Below are positions 58,150 to 64,000 of a stretch of DNA of 64,000 bases, in pieces. Both the position numbers and the translations under genes were made by a program. The notes beneath the pieces are model-generated. The model searched no databases. It saw nothing but the letters and a program-made list of their open reading frames with translations, and was not told the origin of the DNA. Origin of the DNA: Candidatus Parcubacteria bacterium (lineage in GTDB: Bacteria; Patescibacteriota; Minisyncoccia; UBA6257; JAGOQP01). Where the stretch lies: positions 173,638-237,637 of the forward strand of contig AP024682.1 in NCBI GenBank assembly GCA_025999395.1, given 5' to 3'. The first letter of the stretch is position 1; each line of letters opens with the position of its first letter.

Positions 58150-58668
58150 ATGACTCAAACAGAAGTAACTCAAGAAATAAAAGACATTGTCTCAGAATTT
58201 AAAACAAATGGCTTGCTGAGAATTTTTGAGATTCTAGAGTGGATTCATAAGAATTTAAAAGTAAGCCAGGACAGGGAGTATAAAAGAAAATACTTCAGAT
58301 CACGCACCTCTGATGAAATAATAAAGAGCAAAATGTTAACCGGTTGCACCGATTACGCATTGGTTTTTTTGTCTCTTATCAGAGCTAGCGGATTTGAGGC
58401 TAAATATGTGGAAGCGATTGAGACGGTGTGGTTGGAACGCGGTTGCGATGAGATTTTGGGGCATGTTTTTGTTGAGGTTTTACTCGACAATAAGTGGCTT
58501 ATCGTCGATCCTCAGGGGGCCGCAATAAAAGCGTGGTACGGAAGACGCTATGTAATATACGCTAAGGGAAATGATTCTTGGGATTTGGGAATAAAAAATT
58601 TTGATGACCTAAAAAATAAATTTATTGAATACAGAGAAAAATATTTCAATAACAGCAGAAACCCTTAA
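58150..58668 (+). CDS. transglutaminase-like cysteine-protease superfamily protein
   Basis: core LTGCTDYALVFLSLIRASGFEAKYV...GHVFVEVLLDNKWLIVDPQ (Cys-His-Asp arrangement). Confidence 0.5.
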   Translation: MTQTEVTQEIKDIVSEFKTNGLLRIFEILEWIHKNLKVSQDREYKRKYFRSRTSDEIIKSKMLTGCTDYALVFLSLIRASGFEAKYVEAIETVWLERGCDEILGHVFVEVLLDNKWLIVDPQGAAIKAWYGRRYVIYAKGNDSWDLGIKNFDDLKNKFIEYREKYFNNSRNP

Positions 58669-58795
58669 GCGATGAGCACAGGCTTCTGGTTTTCAGCATC
58701 TCCCCAGAGAGCAACAACAAAAATAGAGCCACACAGACTTGATCATGTCTCTAAAGTGTTCAACCTTAATAAAGCGAATAAAATTTTCAATTCTT

Positions 58796-59098
58796 ATGAA
58801 GGAAAAAGAAGTAAAAATAACAAGGAGTTACGAGCATGCAGATAAAGGAGAATTAGAATGGAAGGAATCTGAGGCAAGAAGAATAAGGGAAAGAATCATA
58901 AATTTAAGAAGGGATCAAATCGGAGCTTTGTCGTATTTGATTGGCGTAGAGTTTCCAAGAGACGAACTTGATCAGATTGTGTTGGAAATAAAAGAAAATG
59001 GCCAAAATTCTGTTAATATAGACGCCATTGTCTATGAAGCGGAATCAAAAGAAAAATTACTTTGGTGGCTTGATTATTTTGAGCGGCGCAACAAGTGA
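58796..59098 (+). CDS. hypothetical 104-aa protein, copy 2 (identical protein to 55546 gene)
   Basis: track ORF 58739.. has spurious upstream extension; identity begins at ATG 58796. Confidence 0.5.
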   Translation: MKEKEVKITRSYEHADKGELEWKESEARRIRERIINLRRDQIGALSYLIGVEFPRDELDQIVLEIKENGQNSVNIDAIVYEAESKEKLLWWLDYFERRNK

Positions 59099-59228
59099 TT
59101 TTTTTATTGGTTTACGCCTTCTTTTTTATATTTATACTTAAACAAATACAGTATTGACTTAAAAATTATTTCTTATAATAATAATTATTGAAGCCGAGAG
59201 ATTGGCTCTCGGCACAGCACATTAACAA
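58796..59228 (+). repeat. 433-bp direct repeat copy 2
   Basis: see copy 1; single t/c difference. Confidence 0.9.
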
Positions 59229-59275
59229 GTTGTGTGAAGCGGGTGAGGCTTCCCCAGAAAGGAGGTGAGATGATT

Positions 59276-59404
59276 ATGAAAATTCCCAAGAAATTTAGTT
59301 GGAGAATTGCTGTTGAACCGAGAAAATCAGTTCCGTGCTCCTCCGTCTTTCAAACTCAATGCAGTTGTGGCGGCAGCAGTTGCTGCGGCAAGTGTGGCAA
59401 GTGA
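59276..59404 (+). CDS. 42-aa Cys-rich peptide B (putative second RiPP precursor), 7 Cys in C-terminal 22 residues
   Basis: MKIPKKFSWRIAVEPRKSVPCSSVFQTQCSCGGSSCCGKCGK; ATG 59276 ten nt after GGAGG (alternative ATG 59270); stop TGA 59402; below track cutoff. Confidence 0.5.
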   Translation: MKIPKKFSWRIAVEPRKSVPCSSVFQTQCSCGGSSCCGKCGK

Positions 59405-59426
59405 TCGAGCGACGTTTTAAGTTCTC

Positions 59427-59465
59427 GGGGTATTATGGAAATAGTCATAATACCCCATTTTTTTA
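59427..59465 (+). terminator. rho-independent terminator after peptide B (ggggtattatg-gaaatagt-cataatacccc + ATTTTTTT)
   Basis: 11-bp perfect stem followed by T-run. Confidence 0.75.
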
Positions 59466-59474
59466 CAGTTTATT

Positions 59475-60281
59475 TTATGATTCTATTATTTTGTCAGAGC
59501 TGATTTGAATAATTTTTTTCCAAGAAAGCTTCGGGTGTTTATTTCTGAATTTCTTCATAAAATAGTATCCAATTGAGTATCCTGTCCACTGCTTATATTT
59601 TTTATTTCCGTAAAATATTTTCTTATATAATCCAATACCATTTTTGTTCAAGTATGACTTTAGTGTTTCAAATTGCCTAATAGTTTCCTCTTCTGTTAAA
59701 GCCAGGGTCCAAGGAGAGCGACTACCTTTAACTATCTCCTCTCTAAAAACTTCTGCCATTCCCTCCATTGCCATATATGTTCTGAGGTTATACGATTTTT
59801 CTTTATGGTATCTGTAGAATACTAAATGATTCCACTCATGTGCGATGGTTTCTGTTAAGGATTGTTTACTATAATTATTTGGGTTTATAAATATGTGCAT
59901 AGTGTAATAAGTTGCAAAAGCTGTTACTCCTTGAAAAAGAGAGAGTTTTTTTGTATTAGGAAACCACGGATATATAAAGATAAATATGGGTGGATCTGGG
60001 TGTGGTAAAAATTGATGGCATTTTTTTAGTGTCTTGTGGATGTTTTTTTTGATAAATGATTTTTGTTTTATTGAAAGTGGTTGATACTGAATAAAATTAC
60101 TTCTACTCACATATGATTCTAAATCTTTTTGAAATTTCTTTTTATTTGAGTAGCCAACATATTTAATATTCCCCGACTCTTCCATTTCGTTTATAATCAA
60201 CCCAACAAGCTTTTGTTCGCTTCTAAGCCGATGTATCTTTTTAGGAAAGCAGAAGTTGATTTTTGCTAAGCTTAGATCCAT
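59475..60281 (-). CDS. putative Zn-metallopeptidase-like protein (HExxH ... E motif)
   Basis: ETIAHEWNHLVFYRY (HExxH) and downstream MAMEGMAEVF; no signal peptide; convergent on peptide B. Confidence 0.45.
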   Translation of the reverse strand: MDLSLAKINFCFPKKIHRLRSEQKLVGLIINEMEESGNIKYVGYSNKKKFQKDLESYVSRSNFIQYQPLSIKQKSFIKKNIHKTLKKCHQFLPHPDPPIFIFIYPWFPNTKKLSLFQGVTAFATYYTMHIFINPNNYSKQSLTETIAHEWNHLVFYRYHKEKSYNLRTYMAMEGMAEVFREEIVKGSRSPWTLALTEEETIRQFETLKSYLNKNGIGLYKKIFYGNKKYKQWTGYSIGYYFMKKFRNKHPKLSWKKIIQISSDKIIES

Positions 60282-60357
60282 GCTTTTATTATGTTCTTCG
60301 CACTTTAATTTATATAATTATTTATACAAATACAACTATATTATATCAAGTATAATC

Positions 60358-60386
60358 GCGGGGCGGAAAACGCTGTTCCGCCCCGC
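60358..60386 (-). terminator. 11-bp perfect GC hairpin (gcggggcggaa / ttccgccccgc) just downstream of minus-strand ORF 60392..60658
   Basis: seen in sequence; trailing U-tract on minus strand is weak. Confidence 0.35.
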
Positions 60387-60391
60387 ACGAG

Positions 60392-60658
60392 TTACGCAAA
60401 AGGATGCGGGAATTTAGTGATGTTTGCGTATGAAAGGCTAACTCCTCCAAACTCGTAAGCTATTGTGTATAGCCTCTCTACTCCTCCTGGTTCTTGTCGG
60501 TAGCCAAATGTCATTGGTACTATTCCAGTGACAATGGATCGGATGATGTGTAGGTTGCCATTCTCGCTGTATTTGTCCGAGAGGAATCGAGGGAGTAGTC
60601 TTTCGATTATACTATTGACTTTTTTTAATGTGATTGGTATAATTTGGGCATCGCACAT
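60392..60658 (-). CDS. hypothetical 88-aa protein
   Basis: ORF only; no motif. Confidence 0.25.
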   Translation of the reverse strand: MCDAQIIPITLKKVNSIIERLLPRFLSDKYSENGNLHIIRSIVTGIVPMTFGYRQEPGGVERLYTIAYEFGGVSLSYANITKFPHPFA

Positions 60659-60791
60659 TGAAAATTTTTATTCGCTTCCGATACTACTGAATTGTTGGTC
60701 TTACGGGGTTTTTGAATCTAAGTTTTTCTTGGGTTTAAAAACCCCGTAAGACCTGAACCTTTTAAAGGCAGGCAGGGAAAAGGAGGCAGCC

Positions 60792-61952
60792 ATGAACCGC
60801 AAATGTTTTGGCGTGTTTATTGTTATGGCGGTTCTTGCCGCCATAACAAATCAAGCGGAGCCGGCGGCATCTTCACCTTCTGAAAGTGTTTCGAGCATAA
60901 TAACGCTTGAAGCGAACAGCATGTCTCGTGCTGGCTACGGTGCGGTGGAAGCTAACTACTGGATGGACCAACTCGGATTTACTCGAGATCCGGCCGTTAT
61001 CCAAGATGCCATGGATAGATACTACATGTTTGCTCCAGAAGGAATGCCGAGGCGTTGGGGTGATGGTTGGCTTAGCAAATTCGTTGCTAGTTTGCTAGCG
61101 ATTAGGGCGTGGGATATTCGCGACAAGCTGACAGAACCTCAAAAGTCCCAGCTCAATGAAATCCTTACAGATGCGATTCGGGAGGAAACATTTCGACTGG
61201 ATATGACTTGTGGTATCGACCCTTGGAATTCCTGCTCCGAAGACTTCGTTTCTTACTTAGCCCTACTTTCTCGGGTAAAGAACCTTTATCCTACTGTTGC
61301 AGAAAAAGCTGGAATCGGTTATGTGAGTAGTTTGGAGCGAAAATACTTAGAACTCACCTTTTCTACAGATAAAGGTTACTACTCGCTGGTTCGCGAACAA
61401 ACTCAAGATGGTATGCGGGTGTTGATGCACAACCATGGAGAGCAATCAGCGGTTTACACGGGCCTGCTTTTAATCTATTTAAACCACACTCTGCGAGCTT
61501 ACTCTTTAGCAAACAATCCTCTGCCCGACTATTTTTGCCAGGACTGGTTGATGGCCAACATCCGGGACATGTTTGAGTGGCTTCAATCGGTTTCGACTTC
61601 TGATGGGCTCTCCTTTTTAAACAGTTGTCTAAACGCTGAAGGCAATTTAGTCTCCTGCTCTGATATGAAGGTAGCTAATGCTGTTCCTAGAGTCGTACCT
61701 GCTGGTCGCCTGATGGTGAATTTAGTAACGAGCGGCGTTTTCAAGACGGAGGAGATCTTTTCTCTCCACGAATACCATTACCGCTTCTTTGATATAACTT
61801 ACAACGGCGGCAACATTTCAAACAATGGTCGACGCGCTGATTACAATTTGGATAATCAGGAGTTCGAGGTTCTGTGGGAAAACCCCTGCCACCTCTCTTC
61901 TCATCATTCGCTGAGACAACCACGCAGACACCTTCGCTCTGTTGATAAATGA
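60792..61952 (+). CDS. secreted protein of unknown function, paralog A (GC-rich copy)
   Basis: signal peptide MNRKCFGVFIVMAVLAAITNQA; shares blocks AVEANYW, GWLSKFVAS, FRLD.TCGIDPWNSCSEDFVS.LAL..RVKN.YP, NHGEQSAVY..LLLIYLNH with 62156 gene; GC3-rich codons unlike neighbours. Confidence 0.5.
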   Translation: MNRKCFGVFIVMAVLAAITNQAEPAASSPSESVSSIITLEANSMSRAGYGAVEANYWMDQLGFTRDPAVIQDAMDRYYMFAPEGMPRRWGDGWLSKFVASLLAIRAWDIRDKLTEPQKSQLNEILTDAIREETFRLDMTCGIDPWNSCSEDFVSYLALLSRVKNLYPTVAEKAGIGYVSSLERKYLELTFSTDKGYYSLVREQTQDGMRVLMHNHGEQSAVYTGLLLIYLNHTLRAYSLANNPLPDYFCQDWLMANIRDMFEWLQSVSTSDGLSFLNSCLNAEGNLVSCSDMKVANAVPRVVPAGRLMVNLVTSGVFKTEEIFSLHEYHYRFFDITYNGGNISNNGRRADYNLDNQEFEVLWENPCHLSSHHSLRQPRRHLRSVDK

Positions 61953-61994
61953 GTATTTCGAGCGATTAGTTGATTGTCTCTTTGCACCCCCAAT

Positions 61995-62032
61995 CCTGTT
62001 TCCTAATTCTAGGAAGCAGGATTTTTTGTTTT
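61995..62032 (+). terminator. rho-independent terminator
   Basis: cctgtttcct-aattct-aggaagcagg + ATTTTTTGTTTT. Confidence 0.75.
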
Positions 62033-62155
62033 AAGAGACAAATTTTTTAGACAAAAATAGACTTTTTAGTAATTGAATAGGAAAAACAATTTTACTGTTT
62101 GATTATTTTTTTGTGGCTTTCTATAATTTAACATGGAATTAAACTAAAAAATTTT

Positions 62156-63616
62156 ATGGGGGAAAAATTTGATAATCGTAATCATTCATCTGAAAATGTT
62201 TCTCAGGAAACAGATGAAAGGTCTCGGAAGAGAGAGGGAGGAGCAAAAAAATACCTAAAAAAGGTAGCTGCTCTGATTTTAGGAGCGGCAGCAAGTTTTT
62301 CTTCTGGTGGAGAGTTGGCGAGCCGGTCACTTTTTGAAACTTTTGAGGAAGAAGAAAAAACCGCGGTAGCGCAGGCATCAGAAATTCAAGATTCGTTAGA
62401 AAATAATTCCCTTTCTTTTCTTACGCCAGAGGAAATAAAGGAAATTAATTTCTTAATAAAGGAAGCTATTAAAAAAGAAGTAGAAGCCTCTACTAAAAAA
62501 GAAATAAAAGCTTCCACCTTGGAGACCGATCCTTTAGGAAATAATTGGGAAAGATCTTTGGAGGGGGCGGTTGAGGCTAATTATTGGAGTAATGAATTAG
62601 GATTGACAGAAGAAGATTTAAAAAAATTTGAAAACAATCCTGAAGAATTTGGAAGGAATTACGCAAAAACAATTCAGCGCGCTCTTGATAGTTACTATCT
62701 TATTGCTTCACCAGGTGCTCCTTACAAATGGGGAAATGGCTGGCTTTCTAAATTTGTGGCCAGCAATTTAGCAATCAATGGTTATAGATTTAGAGATTAT
62801 CTTTCTAGCGAACAAAAAGAACAATTAAATACAGTTTTGGCAGATGCGGTTAAACTTTCTACTTTTCGATTGGATACCACTTGTGGGATTGATCCTTGGA
62901 ATTCTTGTTCAGAAGATTTTGTTTCCTTTCTAGCTTTAATTGCTCGAGTAAAAAACTTTTATCCGGAGGTTGTTTCACGAGTCGAGAAAGAATTGGGGGA
63001 AGATTATTTTATTAATGTAGAAAAAAAATTTCTTGAGCTTACTTTTACGGACGAAAATGGATTCTATTCGTTAGTGAGAGAAGAAACAGGGTTACAAGAC
63101 GGAGTTTCTTATGTATTGGCTCGAAATCATGGTGAGCAATCAGCAGTTTATAGTGCACTTCTACTTATCTACTTAAATCATGCCTTGGCATCATATCCGC
63201 TTAGTGGCAATAAAATCCCTGGTTTTTATCGAGATAGTAAGATTATTGAAAACATTAAGTCTTTATTTTCCTGGCTTCAGGAAGTGAGTTCTCCTGATGG
63301 AAATTCATTTTTGGGGGCTTGTCAAACTTCTGGAAAAGAAATTGTCGCTTGTAATGATTCTAAAGTAGCTAATGCTATTCCTAAAGTGTTACCAGCTGGA
63401 AGATTGATAAAAAATCTGATAGTTGCTGGAGTTTTGCCGAAAGAAGTTTTTAAAGAAAACAAGTATCATTATCTTGATTTTGATTCTTCTTATGAGGGGG
63501 GGAATATAAAAAACAAGGGTCGGCAAGAGGATTATAATTTAGATAATTTAATGTTCGAGCGAGGGAGGTTGGTATTTATGCTCCCTCCAATAAGAAGAGT
63601 TTTAAGGGGTCGTTGA
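62156..63616 (+). CDS. secreted protein of unknown function, paralog B (AT-rich copy with extra N-terminal acidic/Lys-rich region)
   Basis: homologous to 60792 gene over about 330 aa. Confidence 0.5.
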   Translation: MGEKFDNRNHSSENVSQETDERSRKREGGAKKYLKKVAALILGAAASFSSGGELASRSLFETFEEEEKTAVAQASEIQDSLENNSLSFLTPEEIKEINFLIKEAIKKEVEASTKKEIKASTLETDPLGNNWERSLEGAVEANYWSNELGLTEEDLKKFENNPEEFGRNYAKTIQRALDSYYLIASPGAPYKWGNGWLSKFVASNLAINGYRFRDYLSSEQKEQLNTVLADAVKLSTFRLDTTCGIDPWNSCSEDFVSFLALIARVKNFYPEVVSRVEKELGEDYFINVEKKFLELTFTDENGFYSLVREETGLQDGVSYVLARNHGEQSAVYSALLLIYLNHALASYPLSGNKIPGFYRDSKIIENIKSLFSWLQEVSSPDGNSFLGACQTSGKEIVACNDSKVANAIPKVLPAGRLIKNLIVAGVLPKEVFKENKYHYLDFDSSYEGGNIKNKGRQEDYNLDNLMFERGRLVFMLPPIRRVLRGR

Positions 63617-63876
63617 TAAAATAAAAATAAAAGATCAAAGATTTCTGTGTCCCAAGTTTTTAGATTCCGAAATGTTGAGGTTGGTTAAATTAGTTGAAAT
63701 TGAGGGAAATTTTATTTTTAAGTGCTATAGCATTTGTTAATTATTTTCTGGGAATTTTTCTGTTTTTATTGTAAAATGAAGTTATGTTATAATTTAAAAA
63801 GCATAGTAAACATATAAAGGCCGTCACTTATTTTTTAAACTCTAAATAAGTTAAAACCGAATTAAAACATCAATAT

Positions 63877-64000
63877 GAACAAAAATAAAATTTTTATTAT
63901 TACAGCAACTCTGCTATTACTTGTTGGTGGTATCTTTTATTTTAGTAAAGAAGCATTAGCAGCTTGTGTTGATCCTGTATCTGGGGAAGTAATAACTTTA
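63877..64000 (+). CDS. partial secreted protein (N-terminus only), N-terminal pattern like the 33913 protein
   Basis: MNKNKIFIITATLLLLVGGIFYFSKEALAACVDPVSGEVITL... runs off window; compare ...KLALATCNPVTGEGEGL in the 33913 protein. Confidence 0.35.

Noticed and set aside
1-64000. CRISPR arrays, rRNA genes, integrases or transposases
   Set aside because: No regular repeat-spacer arrays, no rRNA-like conserved blocks, and no recombinase or transposase motifs were seen anywhere in the window.

Overview
This is a low-GC bacterial chromosome segment of roughly 35-38% GC, read from composition, and the standard genetic code is clearly in use (TGA/TAA/TAG terminate all long ORFs). Its gene content and style suggest a Candidate Phyla Radiation / Patescibacteria-like organism (inference). 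The evidence is several giant secreted surface proteins with peptidoglycan-binding, FN3 and lamin-tail domains, a huge extracellular multidomain nuclease, an H+-pyrophosphatase, a minimal lower-glycolysis module, and few biosynthetic genes. Housekeeping content comprises nusA, hppA, clpP, a 2-hydroxyacid dehydrogenase, a SpoU methyltransferase, the smpB-ssrA (tmRNA)-infC-rpmI-rplT block on the minus strand, ileS, glycerate-2-kinase / ppsA / enolase, gatC-gatA, three tRNAs (Asp-GTC, an initiator-like Met-CAT and a second CAT tRNA), corA, a Wzx/WbaP/O-antigen-ligase glycan set, a DsbA/glutaredoxin/TrxB thiol-redox set, a ClpC-like ATPase and a NUDIX hydrolase. The most unusual locus is 54.6-60.3 kb, immediately downstream of a tRNA-Met(CAT) and compositionally more GC-rich than the rest. 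It holds a radical-SAM/SPASM enzyme preceded by a 50-aa Cys-rich peptide gene that has its own strong RBS and a 14-bp stem-loop between peptide and enzyme, plus a second unrelated 42-aa Cys-rich peptide gene with its own terminator. Each peptide sits about 175 nt downstream of a copy of an almost perfectly duplicated 433-bp segment carrying a 104-aa ORF, and the locus is flanked by a TehB-like methyltransferase, a transglutaminase-like protein and an HExxH metallopeptidase-like protein. It reads as a RiPP-like (ranthipeptide/sactipeptide-type) cassette with duplicated modules. Other notable observations: an IleRS carrying an intact histidine-phosphatase (PGM-like) domain inserted between zinc knuckles; a tmRNA found by hand (tag ANKNLAPAYAFA) with a duplicated 3' end; infC with a non-AUG (ATC) start; a TPR gene split by a single in-frame TGA; a 0.9-kb tRNA-flanked noncoding region with two GC-rich 15-16-bp perfect inverted repeats and a triple TGGACAA array; a structured, promoter-to-terminator leader upstream of a 1377-aa surface protein; and an untracked 54-aa Cys-rich secreted-peptide ORF with textbook promoter, RBS and terminator.
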